A stretch of DNA of 64,000 bases, taken from assembly GCF_001194135.2 (NCBI RefSeq), contig NC_068998.1, positions 29,368,699 to 29,432,698 on the forward strand, read 5' to 3'. Each line of letters opens with the position of its first letter. The stretch's first letter is position 1. A program made the translations under genes and the position numbers. The stretch comes from Octopus bimaculoides. Taxonomy: Eukaryota. The notes under the pieces are model-generated. The model searched no databases. It saw only the letters and a list, made by a program, of their open reading frames with translations, and was not told where the DNA came from. Of the stretch, positions 24,900-38,240 are shown piece after piece.

Positions 24900-25440
24900 C
24901 TTGTTAGCTGCGTAAAAGAGAGAGTTAATGAAAAATTTAACCTTCTAAGTGTTAGGACTTGCCTTGATTGTAACTACTACGTTTGTACAGAAAAGAAATT
25001 CCAAATTGAAGTGGATAACTATAACGGTACGTGATGACTATCTTGTGGAAGAAATTTTATCTCGAAGAATTTGATAGTTTTACATGGATGTTACTAAATG
25101 CTCTTCCAGCATGGGAATAAGTGGACTCATTGTGTGTAGTGATAGATGAACACTGGATAAAAATTGACAACAATGTTTTTTGTCAGTGGTCAGCATTTAG
25201 AATGAAGAAATGTAAGGTAAAACTGAATGATGAAAAAGCAAGCTATGGCATGAAAAATGGCTTTCTGTTCTTCAACAAACTGAATTTGAAGGGCAATCCT
25301 GAAGAGCAGCTATTTTTATGCCAATACTTGTTCAGCATACCGGCTCATAATGTTATTGCTCAGCGTGTTTTCTCGTTAATGAATGTTTAATTGCCAAAAG
25401 AGCGTAATAAGTTGGATGCAACTTTAATAGAAGCGATGTT
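24900..25440 (+). mobile_element. hAT transposase C-terminal (dimerisation) remnant
   Basis: FSIPAHNVIAQRVFSLMN...KERNKL resembles the hATC motif SIP..NA..ERVFS.M...W..ERN.L. Confidence 0.65.
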
Positions 25441-25443
25441 ATA

Positions 25444-26808
25444 CAGGTTGGAGCAGAGAGGACGGCCGTTTCTGAAAAATTCACAAAATCATTAATTTTT
25501 GCTGGAAACAAATTTTATTGACATCAATGTGTTCGTATTGAATTAGCATTTATCAAACTCAAGTGTGGGGAAAACAACATCCATCATGCGGTGTCCGTTT
25601 TCATTGATGCATTTCTGAAAGCGTTCTTGGAAGTTGGCCCCCTACTTTCTCCAGCATTGCTCTGTCGATTTGAGCGACTTCCACGCGAATAGTTTCTTTT
25701 AAATCGTCCAATGTACGCAATGTACAGGGCTTATGCGCGTACACACGGGCCTTGAGGTTTCCCACTAGAAATNNNNNNNNNNNNNNNNNNNNNNNNNNNN
25801 NNNNNNNNNNNNNNNNNNNNNNNNNNNNNNNNNNNNNNNNNNNNNNNNNNNNNNNNNNNNNNNNNNNNNNNNNNGGGGGGGGGGAGAAATGTCAGCAAAT
25901 GAGGTGGTAACCGAAGAGAGCGCGAAGAACGTCCATTGATGCACTGGCTGTGTGGGCCGTCGCCCCATCCTGCTGAAACAACGCGCGTCGAATAGGCATA
26001 CGTTTTCGTCGTAATTCAGGGACAAAGTTGTTTATCATCTCGTTGTAACGCTCGGAGTTCATAGTAACATTTTCTTTATTGTCATCAAAAAAGTAAGGAT
26101 CAATGACGGCAGCTTTTCCAACAGCACACCAGACCTTCACTTTGGGGCTGTGCTCTGCTCTTTCGTGCAGTTCTCTTGGATTTTCAAGAGTCTAATAACG
26201 ACAGTTCTGTTGATTTACCATGCCATTGAGATGAAAATGAGCTCCATCACTTATTAACAAAATGAGGTTGTTATTTGCCTCAAAAAGTGCTTCCATCTGA
26301 TGTGCGAAGCTAAACCGCTGTGCATAGTCCCATGGTTCCAAATCTTGCCCAATTTGTATGGGTACGCCTTACCAATCGATTACCGATGCCCAGTTTAGTG
26401 GAATGCCTCCGAGCAGAGCGATTCGGACTCCGTATCAAAGCTTGTCAGACGCGTTCCACATTTTCCGGGTTCCGTACTGTTCGTGACACCCCCACTAATC
26501 CCCAATTCATTAGTGTACCTCGTGTACACTCACCCAACGAAGTTTGTGTTTCGGGTGGGAACAGCCTGATTTCGGTGAATGTTGAAGTGACGCCGAAACT
26601 CACACTGAACTGCTGTGACAGACTCGTTATTCTTCACGTAACTGTCTTAGGCAAACACGCGATGCTCTATCGTCCACAGCGTCATAGCTTCGCTGAAAAA
26701 AAAATGGTAAGACACCACGGACCGAATGGTACCTGTCGGACATATCTCCCACCCCATGGGGCTGAGTAATAGCCATTTCAAAAACGTCCGTCCTCCTGCC
26801 CCACCCTG
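25444..26808 (-). mobile_element. Tc1/mariner-superfamily element, rosa/DD41D-like
   Basis: TA flanks and TIRs CAGGTTGGAGCAGAGAGGACGG / CCGTCCTCCTGCCCCACCCTG. Motifs DGAHFHLNGMVNQQNCRY and FQQDGATAHTA are present; the third Asp lies in the N gap, so the spacing cannot be counted. Confidence 0.85.
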
Positions 26809-28049
26809 TATAAGAACCAAAACTGTCAGTACAAGGAATTTTGTAAGAACCTCATCAGTGAAATAAAATATATATATGTAAAGCTATTTATGTTGTTTTT
26901 TTTACATATTTTTGTGAAATCAATTTAATTTTAATTGCAACATGTTTAGATATGTGGACATAAGTTAGAATTCATTTGAATATGAGATGTCCTGTATTTA
27001 TGTTCATGAAACCTGGCAACAATACATACAGCCTCTCATAGTGATTAATTTGCTTAAAAACATAAAATCTCGGTATAGATATTGCCTTTGTTACCATATT
27101 AAATTCTTTGCTTACTAACTTTATATTAAACCCTACACTGATCTCTATAAACAAAAAAACTTAATACAGCAGTGATCATCATATTCATAAACATTCGTGC
27201 CAGTTGCATTGCCCTGCCTCTACGCCTATTTACACATTTCACCCCACTGATTGATAGATCAAACTTTTTTCCGAATCACAAAAGCATATATTGTTTTTTT
27301 ACAGACCTCATCAACTTGCCCGCTCACAAATATACATCTTCAAACTAAATCTGCATTCAAATAAAAGTATATAAAAAAAAGAGAGAAAAAGATAAAAACA
27401 AAAATCCTCCCTATCTCTACATTTTAAACCCAACGAATAAAAATTCCATAAAATAATATCACAGTTCGTAAGTTCATATTCAGGACGGCTGTAAAATACT
27501 GAGCATTCCCATAAACAATAAAATTGTTACCACACAAAACGCGCGAGCACGCACACGCACACAACTCTGGGTTTAGATATTTCACATTTATAAACAATTA
27601 GTCGAAAATTAATGAACACCTGACACCCCTACCTAAAACAAAATCTTTCTTGCTTCCGAATAAACGTACTACCATTTAAGCAAGACAGTCATGCGGATTT
27701 TCTTTCCACACTTAAAGACTCATTTCGATATGCAGCTCACGTCGGTTATATTTATTTTGGTAATCTTAAGTTTCTTTAAAATAATCTCATAAATGGCAAG
27801 ATATCCTGTCTTAAATTAAATGGATTGGCGAAAATGTAGAGTAGGAATCAGTTATAAAAGAAATTGGAAGATTTTAATGTAAACGATATTAAGCATAATA
27901 TATATGTAAACAACCACTTAAATTTGATTATCATTTCACACTTTCGTTTATAATATGAATAATATGTATACATATATGTAAAATCTGTAGACGTTAGTTT
28001 ATAATTTATCCAAACATTCGTGCAGTAAGCCTATTTTTGAATTCGTTTT

Positions 28050-28197
28050 TCGGCAAATTCTCTCTTTCTCTTTGGTTTTTCGTTCCGTTTCGAAAAAGCC
28101 ATTACGGGAAGTTATATTAACCAATAGAAAGCCTATACCAAAGCAGAAAGGAGACTTTATCAGCCCCTCTATTTTTTTGCGAATGATTGTCCAAAAG
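28050..28197 (+). other. Candidate non-coding first exon of the zinc-finger gene
   Basis: Unique CpG-containing sequence with CCAAT near 28120 and a strong AAG|GTAACA donor, followed by microsatellite-rich intron-like DNA. The link to the 40871 acceptor and the start coordinate are inferred. Confidence 0.35.
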
Positions 28198-28221
28198 GTA
28201 ACATATTTCTGCAGTTATGCA

Positions 28222-28262
<41 letters not shown>

Positions 28263-28737
28263 TTAATGAGAGAGTGAACTATATATATATATAAATGTGT
28301 GTTCATACACACATGTATGTGTGTGTTCATTGCACGTTCAAATATAGGTTTTTTGTGAATTAGAGCTACACGACATATTGAGTTTGTTGTTTATTTTCTT
28401 TCATTTGTCTTTATTGTGAAGAAAAGGCTTCAAAAATACAAAAAGCAAACAAAAAAATTAAATTCGTAGTCATTGTGTATGTGTATATATATATATTTCG
28501 TGTTAATCAGTTTGTCGAGTACTTTTACTCCTGGCGAGGGTTCTTTTGCTAGTTCTGCAAAGCTTTGAGATCTCTCAGGCAACAAAGACAAGGGAAAACA
28601 AAACTGGACAAGAATTACTAAACTATATATTAGATTGTACTACTGTTACTACACTAATGTATTATACTCATTACTAGGCTACTGTATTGCGCACACAAAC
28701 ACATATATGATTATAATAGTCCCATATTGGTTTGTGT

Positions 28738-28803
<66 letters not shown>

Positions 28804-29964
28804 TATATATAGTACTTTTTGTGCTCAATTACAGTCGCTCTAAAAAAATATCTATTCGTATGTTTATCGGTGTGTGTATTGGGGTGAAGAAATGTGTGTG
28901 CTTTGGTGGGTGGAGAATAGTTGGATGGAAATAAGAATTCTTGGTTTGGGAAAAAACAGATATGCATATTGTGTGTGTATGAAGGACTGTAAGAGAAAAT
29001 AGAAATTGAAGTCGATGAATATGTTGGTATGTGTGTGGAGGACAGTAATCGGTGTGTATGTATCGATCTTGGTGCGTATGTGTATCGATCTCTGCGCATG
29101 TGCTTGTGTGTACATGTTGTAGTGGTAGTAACGAAGGGAATGTTCAGAGTGTTTTAACAAGGGAGGGAAGAAAGTAGAAGGCATGAGACAAAGATATATT
29201 GGGTCTGATCCGTGGCGTCATGGCGTCGGCTTTTACTTGTACTTTCCCTACTCCCACTTTTTTTTTAGCCTTTAACTCTTGTTCAGAGCACCGCTTACCA
29301 ATAATTCTATAATTCCAGCTTTATTAGTTACTCAGATCCTGGGAAAAGGCTTGAACTCCACTATTATTTTCTTTCTCGAAAATCATGCTTATGTAATAGT
29401 AATCATTTTTAGTTTAAACCAGATCAAAGAAGGCATGAGCGTCACACAATCGCATCCACTTTTATTAATTTATGGCATTGTGTCTGAATAAGAAATCAAT
29501 ATTGGTTGTAGTAATGGTGGTTGCAACACCAGAATATTATTTAGGGTAACTGTAGTGCTATGATAAAATTATTAACGCATCCAATCCGTTGTTCTCGCAT
29601 CACTTAGTTGCTACTCCTAGACATAGCTATAAACGTCAAAAATTTCAATTCTTTCCATTGTCACTGTTTCCTTGTTACTATCCTGACGAATTTATCACAG
29701 GTGAAGCTGTGTAAGTGCTTGGTGAAACTAGTTTGTAACCCAGGTTTTGAATTTTGATTCCACTTGGAATTATTTTATTTGGCTAAATGCCGTGGGATAA
29801 TAAAAATTCTAAGAATTCTATACATTCGGACACTATATCTAATTCTTACAATTCTGTAATATCTTCATAGTAATACTCTATCTTAGCAAATATCACCATC
29901 TCCCACACACACATCTGTCCTATACATGCCAGCACGGAAAGTGGACGTTAAATGATGATATATA

Positions 29965-30362
29965 TATATTTACTACTTGTTTCAGTCATTGGACTACAGT
30001 CATGCAGGGGCACCGCCTTGAATGGTTTAGTCAAACAAATCTGTTCCACTATTTATTTTTAAGCCTGATACTTATTCCATTGTTCACTTTAGCCGAACTG
30101 CTGAGTTACGGGGATGTAGACAAACCAATACTGGTTGTCAAGCGGTGTTGGAGACATGCACATAATACAAAAACACGTGTCTGTGTGTGTGTATACACAC
30201 ACACGTACTCGACGGAACTCTTTCAGTTTCTGTCCACCAGATCCACTCACAAGTTTTTGGTTAGCCCAGGGCTATTGTAGAAGCATTTGCCAAAGGTGTC
30301 ATGCAGTAGAACTGAACCAGAAACCCTCAGGTTGAGAACAAATTTCTTATCATACAACCATG
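29965..30362 (-). mobile_element. tRNA-derived SINE
   Basis: Reverse complement of the 39063-39402 family, diverged. Confidence 0.8.
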
Positions 30363-30480
30363 ACTGTGTATATTATGTATCTTAATAGGAATAGTATTAT
30401 TTGGCATATGTTCATTGTTGAAAACACTACCCCCCCCCCCNNNNNNNNNNNCATATATATATATATATATATATATATTT

Positions 30481-30814
30481 AATAATGAGGGTAGAAATTG
30501 ATATTAACCAATTAAAACCAGTGGCCTAGCATATTTAAAAAATCCGAAGATTAAAATTATATTACATACAAAATTAAGAAGGATGACCACCAAAAGTGGA
30601 CTCCTATATGTTAGAAATAGATGTCAAATCACCTAACCACGAAGAGTATGTTCTCAAGAAAAAAATTTCAGCAAGACGCCAGACTGTGAAAATGAGTAAG
30701 ACAAATGAAAATATACGAAATAAAAAAACCATTACCTACGTACCAATGGTTTCACCTGTTAATATTTGTGTGTGTGTGTATATATATATAGGAGTCCACT
30801 TTTGGTGGTAATCC
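30481..30814. repeat. Unclassified (TA)n-adjacent repeat with an inverted second copy
   Basis: ACCACCAAAAGTGGACTCCTATAT (30586-30609) is the exact reverse complement of 30786-30809; the second copy runs into a gap. Confidence 0.6.
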
Positions 30815-31299
30815 NNNNNNNNNNNNNNNNNNNNNNNNNNNNNNNNNNNNNNNNNNNNNNNNNNNNNNNNNNNNNNNNNNNNNNNNNNNNNNNNNNNNNN
30901 NNNNNNNNNNNNNNNNNNNNNNNNNNNNNNNNNNNNNNNNNNNNNNNNNNNNNNNNNNNNNNNNNNNNNNNNNNNNNNNNNNNNNNNNNNNNNNNNNNNN
31001 NNNNNNNNNNNNNNNNNNNNNNNNNNNNNNNNNNNNNNNNNNNNNNNNNNNNNNNNNNNNNNNNNNNNNNNNNNNNNNNNNNNNNNNNNNNNNNNNNNNN
31101 NNNNNNNNNNNNNNNNNNNNNNNNNNNNNNNNNNNNNNNNNNNNNNNNNNNNNNNNNNNNNNNNNNNNNNNNNNNNNNNNNNNNNNNNNNNNNNNNNNNN
31201 NNNNNNNNNNNNNNNNNNNNNNNNNNNNNNNNNNNNNNNNNNNNNNNNNNNNNNNNNNNNNNNNNNNNNNNNNNNNNNNNNNNNNNNNNNNNNNNNNNN

Positions 31300-31630
31300 T
31301 GGAGCACCACCTTTAGTCGAGCAAATCAACCCCAGGACTTATTCTTTGGAAGCCTAGTACTTATTCTATCGGTCTCTTTTGCCGAACCGCTAAGTTACGG
31401 GGACGTAAACACACCACCATCGGTTGTCAAGAGATGGTGGGGGACAAACACAGACACATATATATACGACAGGCTTCTTTCAGTTTCTGTCTACCAAATC
31501 CACTCACAAGGCTTTGGTCGGCCTGAGGCTATAGTAGAAGACACTTGCCCAAGGTGTCACGCAGTGGGAATGAACCCGGAACCATGTGGTTGGTAAGCAA
31601 GCTACTTACCACACAGCCACTCCTGCGCCT
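31300..31630 (-). mobile_element. tRNA-derived SINE (young copy)
   Basis: On the minus strand: A-box TGGCTGTGTGG, B-box-like GGTTCATTCC, body as in 39063-39402. Confidence 0.9.
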
Positions 31631-31769
31631 ATATATATATGTATAGTTTACAGTTTTATTAAGGTAAGATCAACAAAAACAGTACTCCATCCAGTATAAA
31701 GAGATAAATATCTTTTAATGTATTCAGTATAAAGATACAACATAATAATAGTTTCTTGCTGTGAAGACA

Positions 31770-32460
31770 CATGTCTAGGTAGGTTTTTTATTATATGCCC
31801 TTTGTCTCCAACCTTTTATCAGGCTCTGAGCACATGGTCTGTTCTATTTGAAAATCAGGATGCTGGTAAAGAAATTACAAGAAAAAAAAACTATAAGAAG
31901 GTTGTTGCAAAAAAGTGGATAGATGAATAAAAAACAGAAAAGGAAAGGAAAGAAAGAAAATTAGAGTTACGTCCCCTTTGACTGTAGAAACTGTAATTAA
32001 ACTAGCTGCAGAAAATACTTCAACAGAGAGGGGTCCAAAGTCTGTGAGACAGCTGCTAATTTCAGAAAGGGTTGTTTCCTCCAGTTCATCAAAATAAATT
32101 TGTTCATAATCTTGCATTTGCTGAAACTTTTGGATCTGGAATTAAGTAGTGCAGTAAAATTCTTAGAGCTAAAAAGAATATGCAATCTTTCAGTTATGCA
32201 TAAGATGCATTTTTAGATTCATTTGCATATGGCATGGATTTCTCTATGATTCTCCATTTGATTGTTTGCCGTGGTCTTCAAGCCCCATACATGGCTAGCC
32301 AGCTTAGTGGCTTCAATTTTTGTCGATGTACTGGAAAGAAGATTGGTGGTTTGCATAACATCTTGCAGCATCATGATTTTCAAATAGATTAGACCATGTG
32401 CTCTGTGCCAAAAGATTGTTTGGAGACACAGGGTGTGTTATAAAAGACCTGCTTAGACAA
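31770..32460 (-). mobile_element. Penelope-like element GIY-YIG C-terminal remnant with an inverted partial copy
   Basis: Minus strand: CYANHQSSF..TKLASHVWGLK..IKWRIIEKSMPY..KCILC..LLNSRSKSFSKCK. About 31770-31865 is a diverged reverse-complement copy of about 32364-32460. Confidence 0.7.
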
Positions 32461-32834
32461 GTCTTCATAGCAAGGAACCCTTAGTAGCTTGTATCTTTAT
32501 ACTGTGTACATTAAATAATGTATATGTGTGTGTGTATATATATGAATAGTATTTATTAGCACAATATAGTTGAATGGTTAAGAAGTTCATTTTGCAACCG
32601 TGGGGTCCTGGGTTTGATCTTGAGCAATTATCTTTTAATGTCCATGACCAACTGATCCTGGTGAGTGAAATTAGGTAGGCGGAGATGTACAGAGGCTCAC
32701 TGGGTGGATTGTACCTTCAAAAAAATTCAAGAGGTCCAGCTTTTACACTGATTCTACCTGGAGGTAGAAATGTCTGTGGAATACCTAACATGAATTGAAG
32801 AGTAGGTAAATCAGTTGAACAACCAAAGCCTCAT

Positions 32835-33239
32835 TGTTGAATGTGTAGGGAAGTGGTTATACACCATTAGGTGTACACCGCTTCCGTACATTAAATTTCT
32901 AGAAGAAACAACGGAACACAGATTCTGAACAACATAACAATATTTATTTACAGTGGAATTCAGTTCACGCTTGGAGGGAATTTGGTAGCTCATCGCCCTC
33001 GGTTACTGAGACGCCTCCTGAATGATTTCCGTGGTTATTTGTGAAGCTCTGGTGCTGACATGTGAGAGAGCTCTGTTGGACGTCTTGGCTCGACGGAGAT
33101 CAGTCAACGAAGAGACTGAGAAAAGGCGCCAAAGCTGGGTGTCGAACTCTACGCATGCGCATGAGACTCTTTCTGTATTCCTTCCGGAACTAGTCCCTGC
33201 GCATGCGTGGATAAAACTCCAGACATTGAACATATAACA
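32835..33239 (-). mobile_element. Possible solo LTR carrying NRF1-like and ETS-like sites
   Basis: TGTT...AACA ends and an internal AATAAA on the minus strand; GCATGCGC sites at 33151-33163 and 33198-33208; TTCCGGAA at 33182-33189. No TSD found. Confidence 0.4.
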
Positions 33240-35780
33240 GTTGTCTGCTATAAGATGTCACTACAAATGATTTGTAAATGATAGATTTATTAAAAAAAAA
33301 AAAGTTACCAGACAACAATGTAAAAAATGAGTTTCCTGATGCTCTGTCAATGATCAGTCCAAAAATGAATGCAAACTTTTATCTTCTACATCTCCAGTAT
33401 TCCCTTCCTATGATAGTTCAGGTAGGATTACAACTTCGTCATCATTAACCCACACTACAAGACACACTATTGAATCTCATACAGGTTTGACATAAGGCTG
33501 TGATTTAATAAGTCTGCTTTTCCTTCCAGATGAAATATTTTCTCTTGATTGATATCTTACTTTCATTGAAGAGAATTCAGAATCTACTTGGATGGGATAC
33601 TAAGTATAATCAGACAAACAAAATTGGATACAATGTGTCATATTGATCACACATATAGTTGTCATCCACAAAGAATTTCTTATATAAATGGTGAGCAGTA
33701 GATAAGAACATATCATGTTGACTTCATAGAAATCGCTATCGTACAAGCTCCCATACCTACATGACAATTTCTTGCAAGCCACATACTTTTTCCCACCTCA
33801 GACACTGTTCTGTTGGCTGTATTTTACTGAGTGAACCTGGTGTTTTTTTCTGATTAACTCTGTTTCTTCTCAGCCATTATTGTGTTAGTTATTAGTACTA
33901 ATTTAGTGAAATGGCCTGAAATTCAGCAACCATCATTGAACATCTCTCTTGGTGAACATGCATCCTCACTGAAGACTGCATCTCAAAAACTGGCTACAAA
34001 ATATGTAACCCTCTAACTACAAAACTCAGTTGAAACCTACTACAGAGGACTGCTCCCACATCAGAGATGGTACTGCTGTTACTCACACACAGACAACCTA
34101 AGCTGCATTCACAGAAAAGTCAGTAAACTGATTTGTATGGAGTTGTTTACAAAAAATACTCCAACTTCTGGCCTGCAGGTGTGTTGTTTACTCTTTTTCC
34201 TTTTTCTACTGCTACTACAGTGGTTTCTGCTTCTGGGAGCTGGTTGGCTTGTGTGATTCAGGCACTTCTGATTCATTTCTCTTCATATCACCCATGTTAT
34301 GTCTACTCCACCATGTCCTGCTCTAACCATTATTTTCAGTTCTTCCTCTCTACCCAGTGAAATTCTCTCCTGGGATGTTTTTTCTTGTTGCTGTTACCTT
34401 ACAACTGTTCAAGAGGAACATTAAAGGCATCAATTTCACCAGTCCCTGGGTCCTGTGAAATCCATAGCCATTGCTACTTCTTCTCGACCAAATTAATAAA
34501 AAAAACAAACAAAAACAAAAAAAACATTCTGTACTGCAAGTCTGATATCTATACATTAAACTACCACAACTTTATCTTTCTTTACCTCTGCTTTTTGTTT
34601 CTTACTTCACTAAGTACTTTTGCTGAATTTGGTCCGAGTATTTCCACACTATTACAGTCCTTTGCTTAAATATGTAAAAATACAGTAAACTGACAATACT
34701 CTGTCTATGTATAACATCCCAATCTTATCTGTTTTCCTGATTTGGGCTTTTGCTGCAATGTTAAGCTTCATTATAACAAGTTTTTTTTTTCCACTTAGGT
34801 GGTGTAAAATGAGGTATTGGTACATGTATGTGTGTATTTGTGTATGCATATATGCATTAGTAGTAGTGACATCATAAAATAAAGTAGTAATTTAATCAAC
34901 TTAAACTAGCTCTATAAACCACCTGGCTTCCCAACCCCTTGGTTTTGGGTTCAGCCCCATTGCTGCACCTTGGAAAAGTCTCTTGTGAGTGGATTTGGTA
35001 GATAGAAACAGAAAGAAACCCATTATATATATATGTTTGTGTCTCCTTGTTTCTACATTGTGTATTAGATACAAGCAGGCTTGTCTCTTTTCTAGGCTCT
35101 TCTCTCATTACCATGCAGCATCACAATTCTAACATAAGCATCATACAATCTACTCTACTCTGAAGAAAAAAAATCCTTTGTTGCCAACAGATGTTGGAAA
35201 GGAAAGAAGTACTAACAAAACTAGATCAGTACATCAACCCTAGATCAATCAGCCCTAACCATAACGCATTAAGGTACATTATCCACAATGTGGTGCTCTA
35301 GCATGGCCATAGCCTTAGGGCTGAAACAAATAAAAGAACGCGAAGGTATAACAAGCAATTTTCTCAGACCATTGAACTAACATTCATCATCATCAACCGT
35401 TATCTGTTTTGAAGCAGGGTAATATTTCCTCATGGCCAGACATGTTTTCACAGAATATTGGAAATGAATGACAGGCATTCAGCTACAAAAACTCAAACCA
35501 AACAGTGGCTTGAAACATTTCCAGATTTGACATAGGATGTTTATGTTATGAGAGCTAAAATTTTACCGACTTGGCTGTGATAAAGACATGGTTCTGTTGT
35601 TTTTGTTATACTGGTTTAAATTCCAAATGCCAATATACAATGTGCTTTTTGAAACAACTGTGCTTGAAAAAACTGATATTGTTTGAAATGCTTGATAAAT
35701 ATTGTTTATAATTATAGAATAGTCATCATTGATCAATTGTTAGAATAAGAAAATATAGTGCCCATTTCTATATAAACCAG

Positions 35781-37955
35781 TGTTGTAGTGAAAGTACATC
35801 TACTGACAAGAATAGACAGGACCACTACTTATAAATAGTAGCGGTCTGACATAGTTTTGGTTTTTGAAGTCCAGGTACAGTTCGAGTTAGTGTGTTGGAA
35901 ATAGTGATTGTTGGTTTGTTATATTACTGCTGCTGTTTCTATTTTGTATTGTTATACTCATAAAAATAAATGGTGTAAACATCAAACTACAATTGGATAT
36001 GGGTAGTGATATTTCGATCATAAATGCAGATACATGAAGAAAAATTGGGAAACTGAGGTTATGTAAAGCAGTGAAAATTGCACATGGTGTGACAGGAACA
36101 TGTATAGACATCACATTTCAAGGAGAAACATGCGAAGCAAAAATATTCATTGTGGAGAATGCACTCAATCTGTTTGGTACAGATTGGTTGGAGTTATTTG
36201 ACTTATGGCACCTCCCCATTAGGCTCTACTGCAAAAACATAAATGGTTGTCCTGTTAAAAATAAATCATCTGAGGAATTGAAGAGAAAATTGAAAAAGAT
36301 GTTTCCTTAAGTATTATTGGAGGACTTAGGTCTATGTAAAAAGACTGAAGCCTGCTTTCAAGTAAGTGAAAATGCTGTGCCTTTATTTAAATCTAACAGA
36401 AAAGTACTGTTCATGGCAATTGAAATTGTACATGAAGAGTTGAACAGACTGGAAAAGAATGGAGCCATCAAAAAGGTGGATTACTCTAAGTGGGCGGCGC
36501 CCATGGTGTACTTATAAAGAAAAATAATAAGGTTAGGCTGTGTGTCGATTTCTCTACAGGATTTGAATGACTGCTTAAAGACATGCCACCATCCACCCCC
36601 GACTCCAGAAGACATTTTCACAAAATTAAATGGTGGAAAAATTCTCTCCAAGTTGGATCTGTTTGATGCTTATTTACAGATTAAAGTAAATGACAAATAC
36701 TCAAAGTATCTGACAATAAATACACATAGTGTATTGTACAGATATACCTGATTACCTTTTTAGATTAAAGGTTGCACCAGCAATATTTCAGCAAATCATG
36801 GACACTATGCTTTATGATTGTGAATTTGCAATCCCTTAGTTGGATTGATATGTTGATTAAGAGTAATTCGTGCAAACAGCATGTGGAACATATAAAAGCT
36901 GTTTTCAAGAAAATTAAAGAATACAGGTTCACTTTGAGTGAAGAACAACACAAATTCTTTTTGTCTCAAATTAAGTACTGAGGGCAAATAATTGATAAAA
37001 ATGGTAGATGGCCTGACCTTTTGAGGGCAGATGCAATAAAGAATTTGCCTGCTCCGACAAATATACCAACATTACAAGCGTTTCTTGGGCTGGCAAACTA
37101 CTACCAAAACTACATTCCTAACATGCACAAATGAAGAGCTCCATTGAATGACTTGTTAAAAAAGGAAGTAAAGTGGAATTGGTTGGTTAAATGCCAAAAT
37201 ACGTTTAACCAAATAAAAAAATTTTAATTGCGGATTTGTCTCTAGCATATTTCAATCCTGCTATGGATATTGTTGTAGTGTCTGATGCTTCAGAGTACGG
37301 AATAGCTGTTTTGCTACACAAGTGTAAAGATGGAAGTATGAAATCGATGATTCATATTTTGCACTTGCTGATAGTGGCGGAAAAAAATACAATCAGATCG
37401 CTCTTGGGCACTACTGGTAAGATGTAACCCAGTGCAACCTGTTACGTGCACCGGAACATCGAGAAATTGGTAAAACTTGGTAGAGGTTGTGCACTCAACA
37501 GCCAAAGTACCACCAGTAAAATACCTATCATGTTCCATGAAAAGGCCGATATTGTGTAAAAATTCAAATTCCAGGCTGATACTGTGTGGAAAGGCCAATA
37601 TTGTGTAAAATTTCAAACTCCAGACTGAACACCTTGAGATAAGGTCCAAGCAAAAAGGATACTAAAACATAATAATAAAAAATACAATTTCTTTATTCCT
37701 TTGGGACTCGAAATCGCACAAGGAGTGATGTTGTGGTGAGAGTACAACACCCCATGACGAGAATTGATGGGACCACTACATATAAATTGTAGCGGTCTGA
37801 CATAGTTGGCAGTTAGTAGTTTGGTCTTCGAAGTCCAGGTACAGTTCGAGTTTGTGTGTTGGAAATATTGATTGTTGGTTCATTACTGCTGCTGTTTCTA
37901 TTTTGTGTTCTTATAATGCTGTTAGAGTGTATTCTTTATTGGCGACAATATCAAC
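35781..37955 (+). mobile_element. Gypsy LTR retrotransposon remnant, internally deleted
   Basis: Direct repeats start TGTTGT at 35781 and 37729, with a short purine tract before the 3' copy. Protease LQLDMGSDISII, RT SKWAAP..LCVDF..SKLDLFDAYLQI and RNase H DASEYGI are present; gag and integrase are largely missing. Confidence 0.88.
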
Positions 37956-38039
37956 CGTACTATGCTATTGGAGGTGTAAGGATATCACAGCCAGAAAATA
38001 CAGAATCTGTAAAGTTGCTTGTGAAAATAGTTGCTTAAC

Positions 38040-38240
38040 AAGTTTGAATAAAGCATTCACATTCTATCTTGTCTTCTCATCAATCAAAATCATCTGCTCC
38101 ACAAATATTTGTTTACTTGTCTATGATGATGGAGCAAGGGACCCTGTCAAAAGCTTTCTCCGTGTCAACAAAAGCCAAGTACAAAGGTTTATTCTTGACT
38201 AAATGCTTTTCCTGTAGTTGCTTTATCAGGAAGAAAACAT
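38040..38240 (-). mobile_element. RTE RT fragment
   Basis: QEKHLVKNKPLYLAFVDTEKAFDRVP. Confidence 0.75.
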
